Notes: generated by a model from the sequence alone, not told the origin. Positions 9,476-19,366 are shown, counted from the first letter of the stretch. The stretch is 64,000 bases of DNA from a bacterium (GCA_014730255.1 WJIQ01000136.1:1-64000); one strand, 5' to 3'. Program-made: numbers and translations.

Positions 9476-10452
9476 CTCCAGAGCGCGAGGATCACCGCGT
9501 AGTAGAGCGGGATCCCCAGGGCGATGTTGAACGGGAAGGTGAGCGTCAGGGCCATGGGCAGGTAGAGGCTCGGATTGGCCCGCGGCAGGGCCACGCGCAC
9601 CGCCGCCGGCACGGCGATGTAGCTCGCGCTCGCACAGAGCACGGTCAGCAGCAGGGCATCCCCGACGGACAGGCCCAGCAGCGACGAGACGCCGATGGCC
9701 AGCGCCGCGTTGACCAGGGGGGCGAGCAGCGCGAACGAGCCGAGGAACACCCCCGAGGCCTTGAGCGCGTCGAGCCGCCTGGCCGCGATGATGCCCATGT
9801 CCAGCAGGAACAGGCAGAGCACGCCGCGGAACGGCTCGTAGGCGAACGGCTTGACCATCGCCCAGCCTTCGTCGCCGGTCACCACGCCCACGAGCAGGCT
9901 GCCGATCAACAGGAAGACCGGCCCGTTGAGGAACGCCTCGCGCAGCAGGGGACCGAGCGCCCGGTTCGTGGCCGCCTCGCCGTCGGCCGTGTCCTGGAAG
10001 CGGCGCGCCAGCAGCACGCCCACCAGGATGGCCGGCGACTCCATCAGCGCCATGGCGGCCACCATGTGGCCGCCGTAGCTCACACCCTGGTCGTCGAGGA
10101 AGGCCGAGGCGGTGATGAACGTCACCGCGCTGATGGAGCCGTAGGTGGCGGCGATGGCCGCCGCGTCCTCGGTGCCGAGCCGCGCGCGCAGGATCGCGAA
10201 CGCCGCGATGGGCACGAGCGCGCTCGCGACCACGCCGGCGGCCAGCGGCAGGAGCGTGGCGACCGTGAACCCGCTGCGCGACAGCTCCACTCCGCCGTGC
10301 ATGCCGATGGCGAACAGCAGGTACAGCGACATGCCGCGGGTGATCGGCTGCGGGATGTCGAGGTCCGACCGCACGAGCGCGGCCACCATGCCGAGCAGGA
10401 ACAGCAGGATCGGGGGCGTGAGCAGACTGCCGAGGATCAGTGACGCGTCCAA
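9472..10452 (-). CDS. SbtA-family Na+-dependent bicarbonate-type transporter permease (short-loop form)
   Basis: 326 aa, about 10 TM; N-terminal DIPQPITRGMSLYLLFAIGMHGG and C-terminal LPRANPSLYLPMALTLTFPFNIALGIPLYY match the internally repeated SbtA family fold as recalled. Confidence 0.6.
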   Translation of the reverse strand: MDASLILGSLLTPPILLFLLGMVAALVRSDLDIPQPITRGMSLYLLFAIGMHGGVELSRSGFTVATLLPLAAGVVASALVPIAAFAILRARLGTEDAAAIAATYGSISAVTFITASAFLDDQGVSYGGHMVAAMALMESPAILVGVLLARRFQDTADGEAATNRALGPLLREAFLNGPVFLLIGSLLVGVVTGDEGWAMVKPFAYEPFRGVLCLFLLDMGIIAARRLDALKASGVFLGSFALLAPLVNAALAIGVSSLLGLSVGDALLLTVLCASASYIAVPAAVRVALPRANPSLYLPMALTLTFPFNIALGIPLYYAVILALWR

Positions 10453-10504
10453 GCGCGAGCCTCCTTGCTGGAGGAGGCGATGCTACGGCCGCCGCTGCGG
10501 AGCG

Positions 10505-11212
10505 TCAAGCGATCCGACGCCGCGCGGGCGCCGCGCCCGTCGTCGTCACCGGCTCGCGCCGGTAGACCGCGAAGAAGTGCGGGACCGGCGGATCCTGCGT
10601 GTCGTCGTGGGCCAGGAACGACCGCTCGACGAGCCCGGCCTCGGTCACGAACCGACCGATCTCGCGGCGATCGAGCGGCACGGGGAACGCGTCCTCCTTC
10701 TCGCCGGCCTCGCGGCCACGGCACGAGACGAGCACCACGCCGCCGGGCGCGACGAGGTCCGCGATCGCGGGCAGCGACCGCTCACGTGCCTCGTCCACCA
10801 GGATCTGGATCGTGTTGCACTCGAAGACCAGGTCGAACCCCTGCCGCCAGTCCGCCGGCGGGTCGAAGAGGTCGCCCTCCACGTAACGGACCGAGCTGTC
10901 GGGGTAGCGCTCGCGGCACATCCCGACCGCGGCGGCCGAGATGTCGAAGGCGGTCACGTGGTACCCGTGGCGCGCGAGCACCTCGGCATCGTCACCGAGG
11001 CCGCAGCCGACGACCGCGGCGCGCCGCCCGCCCACCGGCGCATGGGATTCGAGCCAGGCGACCAGGTGCGGGTTGGGCGCGAGGTCGGCCCAGTAGACGC
11101 GGTGGATGTCGCCGTCGGCCCGGGCGTAGAACTCGTCGAACCAGCCGTTCGGATCGCCCGCGGCGGCATAGCGGGCGGCGAGGTCGCGGGTGGCCTGCTT
11201 GGGGTCGGTCAT
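10505..11212 (-). CDS. class I SAM-dependent methyltransferase (TPMT-like)
   Basis: 235 aa; motif I VVGCGLGDDAEVLARHG, DISAAAV, motif post-I YVEGDLFDPP. Confidence 0.75.
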   Translation of the reverse strand: MTDPKQATRDLAARYAAAGDPNGWFDEFYARADGDIHRVYWADLAPNPHLVAWLESHAPVGGRRAAVVGCGLGDDAEVLARHGYHVTAFDISAAAVGMCRERYPDSSVRYVEGDLFDPPADWRQGFDLVFECNTIQILVDEARERSLPAIADLVAPGGVVLVSCRGREAGEKEDAFPVPLDRREIGRFVTEAGLVERSFLAHDDTQDPPVPHFFAVYRREPVTTTGAAPARRRIA

Positions 11213-11320
11213 GCGAGGTCGTCCCGTCCTGCCAGTGGATTATTTTCATCCTGTTTCACGGGAAAAGGATCGCATCGAGCGACGGAATCGGCAACGACGT
11301 GCGACGATGAGGCACGGCGA

Positions 11321-14300
11321 TCAGGCCCGGGGCGACTGCTGGACCGGGTGGGTGGCCGCCGGCTGCCGCAGGTCCTCGCCGTCGTCGGCGTGCTGGCGGA
11401 GGTCCTCGATGTGCCGCCGGCGCTTCTCGGCCTCCTCGAGGAAGATGCCCGTCAGGCGGGGGCAGTACCGGGTGCCGGCGAAGGCCTGGATCTCGGCCAG
11501 CGCGTCGTTGAGCGGCACGGCCGGGCGCCAGGGCCGCCGCTGCAGCAGCGCCCGCAGGCTGTCCGTCAGGGCGATCAGGCGCGAGCCGAGGGGGATCGCC
11601 TCGCCCGCCAGGCCCTCCGGGTAGCCGCTGCCGTCGTAGTTCTCGTGATGGTGCAGGATGATCTCGCGCACCTTCGGCGGCGGCTTGATGGGCGCCAGCG
11701 TCACCAGGCTCGCCTGGACGTGGCGCTCGAGCTGGATGCGCTCGGCGTCGGTCAGGGCGTCGGGCTTGTTCAGGAGATGCGGCGGGACCGTGGAGAGCCC
11801 GACGTCGTAGTAGCGCAGCGCGAACGCGAGATGCCGCAGGTCGGCCCCGGGCAGGCCCAGCCGGCGGGCGCTCGCCAGGCAGATCTCGTGGCAGACGCTG
11901 GCCACGTCGGTGCGCGGCAGGATACCGACGCGCGTGGTCGCCCGCAGCGACGACTGGATGGCCGCGAAGTCGCGCAGGGAGCTCTCCTGGCTCTCGTAGC
12001 GCTGCAGCAGGTGCACCAGGCGGGGCGCCATCGACTCGAGCAGCAGGCGGTCGTCCGGCCCGAACGACTGCCCGTCGTGCCGGTCGCGGACCGCCACCAC
12101 GCCGACCACCTCGCCCTCGAACGGCAGCGGCACGCAGAGCACCGGCCCACCCCCGGAGAGCAGCACATCGCCGCTCTCGGGCGTCTCGAGGCGGGTCTCA
12201 CCGTCGGCCCAGGTCCGGCCGGCGAGGCCGACCCCGCGACCGAGCCGCAGGTCCTGCAGCTGCCCGGCCGGCAGCCCGGCGGCGGCGACCACCTCGAGAT
12301 GCTCCCGCGGCTGGTCGACGCGCATGAGCACCGCCGCGTGCACGCCCAGGTTCTCGCTCACCCAGTGCAGCAGGCGCTGCAGCGACAGTCGGGGATCGTG
12401 GAACACGGGGCTGATGGACGCCGGCGCCGATGGCAGCACCACGTGCGGGCGCCGCGGCAGGATTACCGTCAGCCTCGCCCCGCCGCCGGGCATGTTCTCG
12501 GCCCAGATGCGGCCGTCGTGCCAGCTGGTGATGTCGCGGCAGATGCTCAGGCCGACCCCCTGGCCGCCGACCTCCCGGGTGCTCGACCCGTCGACCTGGT
12601 AGAACTGCTCGAAGATGGTGTGGAGCTTGTCCTCGGGGATGCCGATGCCGGTGTCCTGCACCTCGATGCGGACGGCGGTGCCCTGCTCGAAGATGCGTGC
12701 CGACACCGCGCCGCCGGGGGGCGTGAACTTGAACGCGTTGTCCAGGAGGTGCTCGAGGAGCTGCTGGCAGAGCACCGGATCGGCCTCCAGCGACATCCGG
12801 GACGCCGGGCAATCGAGCTGGAAGTCGAGATCGCGCTGCTCGGCCTTCTGGCGCCAATCCTCGGCCAGCCGGCGCGTGAGCGCGGCGAGGTCGCACTCGG
12901 CCCGGTCGACCCGCGCCGACTGATCCTCCATGCGCTCGAGATCGAGCAGGTTCTCGATGATCTCGCGGAACTGCTGGCCCTGTTCGTGGATCACCGCGAG
13001 GAACTCGCCACGGACGTCGGGCGACATGCTCTCGCCCCGGTCGCGCAGCATCTCGCTGTAGCCGATGATCGAGGTCAGCGGGGTGCGCAGCTCGTGGCTC
13101 ACGTTGGCGATGAAGTTGCTGCGCAGGTCGCCCAGCGATTGCAGCCGGTCGTTGGCCACGGCCAGCTCGTCGCGGCAGGCGGCGAGCCGCTCGCGGACCT
13201 CGTTGCCCTCGAGCACGGCGGCGAGCTGGCGGGCCAGCAGCTCGACGTAGCGGATGTGCAGCAGGTCGGGGCCGCTGTCCTCGCCCGGCTCGCTCAGCTT
13301 GAAGAACCCGTGCAGCGCTCCGGCGGGATCGGTGATCGGCACGATCAGGTGCTGGCCGGGCGGCCACTGCCCGTCGTCCGCCGCCGCGCCGGCCGGTTGC
13401 GCGGACACCGGCGGCACCAGGTAGCTGTTGGAGACCCGGAACCGCGGATGGACCATCTGCTCGTAGGTCGCGCGATCGAGCGTCGCCTGCGCGCCGGTTC
13501 CCGGGACCTCGAACTCGCCGTCGATGGCGGTCGCACGGGCGACGAAGGCGTCACGCGTGTCGGTCCAGTGATAGAGGTCGGCGCGGCGGAACGAGAAGAG
13601 GGTCCCGACGAGCTCGACCGCGCCGCGCATCAGGTCCTGACGTCCCCGCAGGCTCTGCAGCTCGACCGCGCTGGCCACCAGGTGCTCGAGCAGGCGCGCG
13701 CGCCGGCTCGCGCCCTGCGTGATCTCGAGGGCCTGCTCGCCCCGCAGGCGCGCCTGGGCCAGGTCTTCCTGGGCGACGCCGAGATCGGCGCGCAGGACGT
13801 CCCGCTCGGCCGTGAGCGTGGCCGTGCGCTCGGCGGCCTGGTCGCGCTCGCCGATCAGTCCGCGCATGAGTTCGTGGACGAGCAAGACCACCAGCAGCAC
13901 GTGCAGGAGCAGGTGGCACGCCGCCGCCGGCAGGTTCCGTGCGAGCAGGGGCCGCGTGAACTCGCCGCCGATCAAGCCGAGGAACACCGCCGCCGCCGCG
14001 GGCGCGGCCAGCAGCACGAGCGCGGTGCGCCGCCGCGTGTTGGCGGCGAGGATGCCCGCGGCCGCCACGAGCAGCTGCGCGAGAAGCGTCAGGTCGAGCA
14101 GGGAGAAGGCCGCCGACAGGAGCGGCCGCGGCTCGACCTGCCAGCCCTCGACGAACACCCGCAGCAGGGCCGTCGGCGCCAGCACCAGGCCGGCGAAGCG
14201 GATCTGCCGCCAGGCCTCGCCGCGGTCCTCGCGGCGGGCGACGTGCCCGAGCACGGCCATCAACGCCCCGCAGACCCCGATCGCCGCCAGGTAGACCGTC

Positions 14301-14368
14301 GCCAGCCGCCAGTCCAGGAGCGGCAACTCGGCGAAGGTGAAGACCGGCATGCTGGCGATCAGGTCCAT
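11321..14368 (-). CDS. membrane sensor histidine kinase fused to GAF and C-terminal HD-GYP domain (HD motif replaced by YD)
   Basis: In-frame start MDLIASMPVFTF within ORF 11321..14932 (upstream part overlaps the REC gene in another frame); about 5 TM, coiled coil, GAF, HisKA SNFIANVSHELRTPLTS, HATPase DTGIGIP...GQGVGLSI, second GAF, HD-GYP block HHHENYDGSGYPEGL with LRYYDVG in place of LLHDIGK. Confidence 0.8.
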   Translation of the reverse strand: MDLIASMPVFTFAELPLLDWRLATVYLAAIGVCGALMAVLGHVARREDRGEAWRQIRFAGLVLAPTALLRVFVEGWQVEPRPLLSAAFSLLDLTLLAQLLVAAAGILAANTRRRTALVLLAAPAAAAVFLGLIGGEFTRPLLARNLPAAACHLLLHVLLVVLLVHELMRGLIGERDQAAERTATLTAERDVLRADLGVAQEDLAQARLRGEQALEITQGASRRARLLEHLVASAVELQSLRGRQDLMRGAVELVGTLFSFRRADLYHWTDTRDAFVARATAIDGEFEVPGTGAQATLDRATYEQMVHPRFRVSNSYLVPPVSAQPAGAAADDGQWPPGQHLIVPITDPAGALHGFFKLSEPGEDSGPDLLHIRYVELLARQLAAVLEGNEVRERLAACRDELAVANDRLQSLGDLRSNFIANVSHELRTPLTSIIGYSEMLRDRGESMSPDVRGEFLAVIHEQGQQFREIIENLLDLERMEDQSARVDRAECDLAALTRRLAEDWRQKAEQRDLDFQLDCPASRMSLEADPVLCQQLLEHLLDNAFKFTPPGGAVSARIFEQGTAVRIEVQDTGIGIPEDKLHTIFEQFYQVDGSSTREVGGQGVGLSICRDITSWHDGRIWAENMPGGGARLTVILPRRPHVVLPSAPASISPVFHDPRLSLQRLLHWVSENLGVHAAVLMRVDQPREHLEVVAAAGLPAGQLQDLRLGRGVGLAGRTWADGETRLETPESGDVLLSGGGPVLCVPLPFEGEVVGVVAVRDRHDGQSFGPDDRLLLESMAPRLVHLLQRYESQESSLRDFAAIQSSLRATTRVGILPRTDVASVCHEICLASARRLGLPGADLRHLAFALRYYDVGLSTVPPHLLNKPDALTDAERIQLERHVQASLVTLAPIKPPPKVREIILHHHENYDGSGYPEGLAGEAIPLGSRLIALTDSLRALLQRRPWRPAVPLNDALAEIQAFAGTRYCPRLTGIFLEEAEKRRRHIEDLRQHADDGEDLRQPAATHPVQQSPRA

Positions 14369-14373
14369 CGGTC

Positions 14374-14757
14374 CTATCCGGTTCGGGTGCGTTCGTCCAG
14401 CAGGTTGCGGAGGTGCTCGACCAGCCGCGCGATGGTGAAGGGCTTCCTCATGTAGAGATCGGCACCGGCCTCGTTCATGGCCTCGCGCACGGCCTGATCG
14501 GTGCGCGCGGACAGCGCGATGATCACGGTGTCGGCGAAGCTGCGGTTGCGGCGCAGCAGGCGCGTGGTCTGCACCCCGTCGAGCCGGGGCATCATGATGT
14601 CCATGATCACGACGTCGGGGCGGAAGGCGTGCACGCGGTTCATGGCGTCCATGCCGTCGGTCGCCACGGCGACCTCGTAGCCCTCGTCGCGCAGCGTGTG
14701 CTCCAGGAGCGTCGCCACGGGCGCCTCGTCGTCGACGATCAGGATGCGCTGGTTCAC
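14374..14757 (-). CDS. stand-alone response-regulator receiver (CheY-like)
   Basis: 127 aa, ILIVDDE...VVIMDIMMP...IIALSA...KPF; GTG start; 5 bp upstream of kinase start. Confidence 0.85.
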   Translation of the reverse strand: MNQRILIVDDEAPVATLLEHTLRDEGYEVAVATDGMDAMNRVHAFRPDVVIMDIMMPRLDGVQTTRLLRRNRSFADTVIIALSARTDQAVREAMNEAGADLYMRKPFTIARLVEHLRNLLDERTRTG

Positions 14758-14763
14758 GTCCCG

Positions 14764-17157
14764 TTACCTCCCGCTCGGGCTCTCGATGGGGCGAGATTCG
14801 TTCTCGATGGGCACCAGGCCCTCGTCCCGCAGGACGGCGACGAACGCCGCGACGACGTCGCCGTCGAACTGGGTACCGACGTTGCGGCGCAGCTCGTCGA
14901 CCGCCGTGGCCACCGGCACGCCGTCGCGCCACGGCCGCGAGTGGATCATGGCGAAGAAGGCGTCGACCACCGCGATGATGCGCGATCCGATGGGGATGGC
15001 GGCGCCGCGACGACCATCGGGGTAGCCGAGCCCGTCGACGCGCTCGTGGTGGTGGCGGATGATCATCTGCAGCTCCGGCACGTCGACGAGCGGGCCGAGC
15101 ATCTCGAGGCCGCGCTCGGGGTGTCCGCCGACGTGGTCGCGCTCGTCGGTGTCCAGCTCGTCGGGCTTGTGCAGGACCTCGGGGTCGAGGATCAGCATGC
15201 CGGCGTCGTGCAGGGCGCCGGCGTACTGCAGCAGGCGGATCTCGTAGGACGACAGACCCAGGCGCCGGCCGGTGCGCGCCAGCAGGCGCATGGCCAGCGG
15301 ATCGGTGGTCGGCACGCCGACGCGCCGCAATCCGCTCAGCGCCGACACGGCCTCGATCACGCGATCCTGGCGCTCACGGTCGCCGCCTGCGTCGCGCAGG
15401 GCGGTCCAGGCGTTGCCCAGCACGTCGGTCAGCACCACCAGCAGGGCCAGATCGTCGTCGCCGAACACGCCGCCGCCATGCCGGCGAGCGACGAGCACGA
15501 TGCCGTCGCCGCTCGTCTCGCCCAGCTTCAGCGGTGCGAGCATCGCCGAACCGGGCCCCTCGACGCCGCCGCTGGCCATCTCGCGCAGGGAAGCCGGCAT
15601 GCGGGCCAGGCGGGGCCCGTCGACCAGGGTCCGGTGGATGCCGTCGCCGCCGTTGGCGATCAGATCGAGCGCCTCCCGTCCCAGCCCCATGGACGCCACG
15701 CCGCGCCGGCGGTCGCCATGACCGTCGGGCAGCAGCAGGGCCACGCCGCGCGCGGCCGCCAGCTCGGCGATCAGGCGCAGGCTCAGCGACGCCATCCGCT
15801 GGCGACGGCCCGGGTCGATGTCGCCGAGGGCCTCGCCCGGGACGAGCTCGCGGTGATGCTGCTCCTTGGGCAGGAGCACGGTGAAGGTGGTGCCCCGGCC
15901 GACGCGGCTGGAAACGTCCAGGTGGCCGCCGTGCAGGTTGGTGATCTCCTTGACGATGCTCAGGCCGAGCCCCACGCCCTCGATCTCGCGCGCCGAGCGC
16001 GTGCGGTAGAAGCTCTGGAAGATGGCCCGCATCTCGCGCGGCGGGATCCCCTCGCCATTGTCGGTCACCGCCAGGCGCACCATGGCCGTGTCCTCGCGCG
16101 CGGCGACGACCACGCGGCCGCCGGCGGGCGTGAACTTGATCGCATTGCCGACCAGGTTGACCAGGACCTGGCGCACGAGGTCGTCGTCGCCCTCGATGGC
16201 CGGCAGGTCGGTCGGGATCCGCGCCACCAGGTGCAGGTTGCGGGCGCTCGCCTGCGGGGCCATGGTCCGCACGATCTCGTCGACCAGCGGCCCGACGGCC
16301 ACGGCCGCCGACTCCGCCAGCGCCTGTCCTCGACCGCGACGCGTCGAGTCGAGCAGGCGGTCGACCAGGCGCAGGAGGCGGTCGGCCTCGCCGCGGATCA
16401 CCGCGAGGAACTCGCTGCCGTACGTGAAGGTCGGGTCGTCGGCCCGCTGCTCGAGGACCTCGGCATAGGCGGTGATCGAGGTCAGCGGGGTCTTGAGCTC
16501 ATGGGCCGTCACGGCTGCCAGGCGGGTCCGCAGCTCGCCGAGGCGCGAGAGCGTCTCGCATTCCGAGCGCAGGGCGCCGTTCTCGGTCGCGACGTCGACG
16601 AGCCGGCGACGCTGGCCCAGCAGGGGCGCCAGCAGGGCCGCCAGCTGCTCGAGCTCGGCGCCGAGGGCATCGATCGCGGACGGCTCGGCCGGTGGACGGC
16701 TCAGGCCGAGCAGCAGCACGAGTCCAGCCTGGCCGGCGCAGTCGACCGAGACCGCCAGCCAGCCGGCGGTGCGGTCGGCGTCGCCGGGCGGGACGGCGGC
16801 CGGATCGACGGGCGCCACGCCGGCGTCGCCGAGCAACGCGCCCGCGGCGGCGTCGCATCGCTGCCAAAGCTCCTCGTCGACCGGGGAATCGGACCAGGTG
16901 AACTCGTCGGTCGAGGCGCCCCAGACGACCCCGCGATCGGCCGTGCCGGGATCGGGCGGGACGCTGCCGATCGCCCCGCGCGGGCTCAGGAGGACCCAGG
17001 CGACGTCGTCGACGTCACGCCAGCACCGTACGACCTCCTCGCAGAGCACGCGCCAGGCCGCGCCATCCTGCCAGCGTCCCTCGAGACGGCGGCCGGCCGT
17101 GGCCAGCACCCCGTGCGTCCGCGTCGTCGAAGGTGGGCTGTCCGGGCCGTCTCGCAT
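14764..17157 (-). CDS. cytoplasmic histidine kinase-GAF-HD-GYP fusion protein (canonical HD-GYP)
   Basis: 797 aa; HisKA AVTAHELKTPLTS, HATPase NLVGNAIKF...DNGEGIP...GVGLGLSIV, GAF, HD-GYP YAGALHDAGM and IIRHHHERVDGLGYPDG; paralog of 11321..14368. Confidence 0.85.
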   Translation of the reverse strand: MRDGPDSPPSTTRTHGVLATAGRRLEGRWQDGAAWRVLCEEVVRCWRDVDDVAWVLLSPRGAIGSVPPDPGTADRGVVWGASTDEFTWSDSPVDEELWQRCDAAAGALLGDAGVAPVDPAAVPPGDADRTAGWLAVSVDCAGQAGLVLLLGLSRPPAEPSAIDALGAELEQLAALLAPLLGQRRRLVDVATENGALRSECETLSRLGELRTRLAAVTAHELKTPLTSITAYAEVLEQRADDPTFTYGSEFLAVIRGEADRLLRLVDRLLDSTRRGRGQALAESAAVAVGPLVDEIVRTMAPQASARNLHLVARIPTDLPAIEGDDDLVRQVLVNLVGNAIKFTPAGGRVVVAAREDTAMVRLAVTDNGEGIPPREMRAIFQSFYRTRSAREIEGVGLGLSIVKEITNLHGGHLDVSSRVGRGTTFTVLLPKEQHHRELVPGEALGDIDPGRRQRMASLSLRLIAELAAARGVALLLPDGHGDRRRGVASMGLGREALDLIANGGDGIHRTLVDGPRLARMPASLREMASGGVEGPGSAMLAPLKLGETSGDGIVLVARRHGGGVFGDDDLALLVVLTDVLGNAWTALRDAGGDRERQDRVIEAVSALSGLRRVGVPTTDPLAMRLLARTGRRLGLSSYEIRLLQYAGALHDAGMLILDPEVLHKPDELDTDERDHVGGHPERGLEMLGPLVDVPELQMIIRHHHERVDGLGYPDGRRGAAIPIGSRIIAVVDAFFAMIHSRPWRDGVPVATAVDELRRNVGTQFDGDVVAAFVAVLRDEGLVPIENESRPIESPSGR

Positions 17158-17170
17158 GGTGTCGCGTCCC

Positions 17171-18160
17171 TCAGGTGTCCTGGCTCTGCCCCGGATCGTC
17201 CAGGGAGATCATCTCCGTGCTCGCGTCCGGAGCCCGACGCTCCTTGACCACGACGGAGCCGGGTTGCTGCTTGCCGTGGCGCTTGAGCTCGGCCAGTGCG
17301 TCGCTGACCGCCACGGGGTGGTTGTAGCGGCGGGGAACGTCGGTGATCAGCGCGACGGTCAGCGTGATCAGCGGCGCGTGGACGCGCTCGCCCGTGCGGG
17401 TCGAGATCTCGAGGTAGCCGCGGGCGAGGTCCTCGGGGTCGTGCAGACCCTCGCTGTCGCGCTCGAAGGCCTCGACGATCGCCCCGGCGATGGCGTCCGC
17501 CTGCCCCGAGTCGCAGAGCACCAGGAAGTCGTCGCCACCGACGTGGCCGATGAAGTCGTCGGGGCTGCCGATGCCGTCGACCACGTTGCCGATGGTGTCG
17601 GCGACCAGCTCGATGGCGAGGTCGCCGCGGGCGTAGCCGTAGTGGTCGTTGAAGCGCTTGAAGCGATCGATGTCCAGGTACATGGCGGCGAACGGCCCGC
17701 CCTCGCGCAGCCGGCGCGCCATCTCGCGCTCGATGGCGTGGTTGCCCGGCAAGCCGGTCAGCGGGTTGGCCTCGCGCTGGGCCTGGACGGTCTCGAGCAT
17801 GTTCGCCACGCGAGCGAGCAGTTCCTCCTGATCGAAGGGCTTGCTGACGTAGTCGTTCGCGCCGCCACGGAAGCCGCGCACGCGCGCCACGCTCTCGCCG
17901 CGGGCGGTCAGCATGATCACGGGTAGCCGCTGCAGGCCCCGGAGCTGGCGGATGTGCTCGAGGACGGCGAACCCGTCCAGGTGCGGCATCATGACGTCCA
18001 GCAGGACCAGGTCGGGGCGCTCGGCCACGACCTGACTGATCGCTTCCTGGCCGTTGCTGGCCGTGACCACCCGATATCCGGCCTCGTCGAGCAGGAACTC
18101 CAGGATCCGCCGGATATGCTGATCATCATCTGCGATCAGGATTTTTGCGGGTTCGTGCAT
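17171..18160 (-). CDS. response regulator with GGDEF-type diguanylate cyclase domain (signature GGDDF)
   Basis: Start at MHEPAKILIADDD within ORF 17171..18286; REC domain; GGDEF domain ...NDHYGYARGD...IGHVGGDDFLVL. Confidence 0.85.
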   Translation of the reverse strand: MHEPAKILIADDDQHIRRILEFLLDEAGYRVVTASNGQEAISQVVAERPDLVLLDVMMPHLDGFAVLEHIRQLRGLQRLPVIMLTARGESVARVRGFRGGANDYVSKPFDQEELLARVANMLETVQAQREANPLTGLPGNHAIEREMARRLREGGPFAAMYLDIDRFKRFNDHYGYARGDLAIELVADTIGNVVDGIGSPDDFIGHVGGDDFLVLCDSGQADAIAGAIVEAFERDSEGLHDPEDLARGYLEISTRTGERVHAPLITLTVALITDVPRRYNHPVAVSDALAELKRHGKQQPGSVVVKERRAPDASTEMISLDDPGQSQDT

Positions 18161-18355
18161 CGTCACCGCCCCGTCCCGGAGTGCATAATGGCATGCATCG
18201 ACCGCTCTCGGCGGCCTGAGGCGGAGCCACGCAAGTGGCGTGCCATCACCGGGTACGGGCGGTCGCTCCAGCACCTTCCGTGCCACGGCGGGTGGTCGCG
18301 GGCGACCACGAAGCCGTCCGCGGGACCGCGATCAACGTCCGGGAATCCCGGGAGA

Positions 18356-19366
18356 TCAGCGCCAGGAAGCGAGCGGCGCGCGCGCGAAGCTGTCCAGATC
18401 GAGGCCGTCGTGGCGGCCGGCGGCGATGTGGCAGTGGCCGGTGTAGGCGATCATCGCCGCGTTGTCGGTGCAGTAGACGGGCTGCGGAGGCACGAAATGC
18501 AGACCACGCCGACGACTCTCGTGCTCGACCGCACCGCGCAGGCCGCGATTGGCCGCGACCCCGCCCGCGAGGTACACCGCCGGGACCCCGTGCTGCTCGG
18601 CGGCCTGGAACAGGCGCTGGCAGAGCACGTCGATGATCGCGTCCTGGACCCCACGCGCGATGTCGGCGACGTCCTGGTCGGCCAGGGGTCGCGGCAAGGC
18701 CTCGACGGCCAGACGCACCGCCGTCTTCAGGCCGCTGAAGCTGAACACCAGCCGCGGATCGCGGGCCAGCGGCCGGGGCAGGTCGAAGCGGTCGGGGCGT
18801 CCCTCGCGCGCGAGCCGATCGATGTGCGGGCCGCCCGGGTACGGCAGCCCGAGCAGCTTGGCCGCCTTGTCGAACGCCTCGCCGGCGGCGTCGTCGAGCG
18901 TGGCACCCAGGCGCTCGTAGCGGCCGACCTCGCACACCAGCACCAGCTCGGTGTGCCCACCGGAGACCACCAGGCACACCGCCGGCAGCACCAGCGGCTC
19001 GGACAGCGCGTTGGCCAGGATGTGCCCCTCGAGGTGATGCACGCCGGCCAGCGGACGGTCGGCCGCCCGCGCGATCGCCTTGGCCGTGCTCAGGCCGACC
19101 AGCAGGGCACCGATCAGACCCGGACCGGCGGTCACCGCGACGCCATCGAGATCGCGCGGCCGCAGCCCCTGGCGATCCATGAGGTGCTCGACCAGGGGTA
19201 GCAGGTTGACCGTGTGGGCCCGGCTGGCGAGCTCGGGAACGACCCCGCCGAACTGGTCGTGCAGGTCGACCTGGCTGGACAGCAGGTTCTCGGCGACGCC
19301 GATCTCGCTGTCGTACAGGGCCACCGACGTGTCGTCGCAGCTGGTCTCGATGCCGAGGATCTTCAT
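18356..19366 (-). CDS. tsaD: tRNA N6-adenosine threonylcarbamoyltransferase
   Basis: Start MKILGIETSCDDTSVAL (Kae1/TsaD N-terminus); GVHHLEGHI and SGGHT motifs. Confidence 0.9.
   Translation of the reverse strand: MKILGIETSCDDTSVALYDSEIGVAENLLSSQVDLHDQFGGVVPELASRAHTVNLLPLVEHLMDRQGLRPRDLDGVAVTAGPGLIGALLVGLSTAKAIARAADRPLAGVHHLEGHILANALSEPLVLPAVCLVVSGGHTELVLVCEVGRYERLGATLDDAAGEAFDKAAKLLGLPYPGGPHIDRLAREGRPDRFDLPRPLARDPRLVFSFSGLKTAVRLAVEALPRPLADQDVADIARGVQDAIIDVLCQRLFQAAEQHGVPAVYLAGGVAANRGLRGAVEHESRRRGLHFVPPQPVYCTDNAAMIAYTGHCHIAAGRHDGLDLDSFARAPLASWR

Noticed and set aside
11321-14932. 1203-aa ORF suggesting a receiver-kinase fusion
   Set aside because: The upstream 188 codons are an alternate frame of the stand-alone REC gene (14374..14757). 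The kinase starts at MDLIASMP (14368), 5 bp after the REC stop in a different frame.
18160-18356. TGCATAATGGCATGCA-like near-palindrome upstream of the c-di-GMP operon as an operator
   Set aside because: Not a true inverted repeat on inspection (only ATGCAT/GCATGC self-palindromic hexamers). At most a possible -10-like element, too weak to call.
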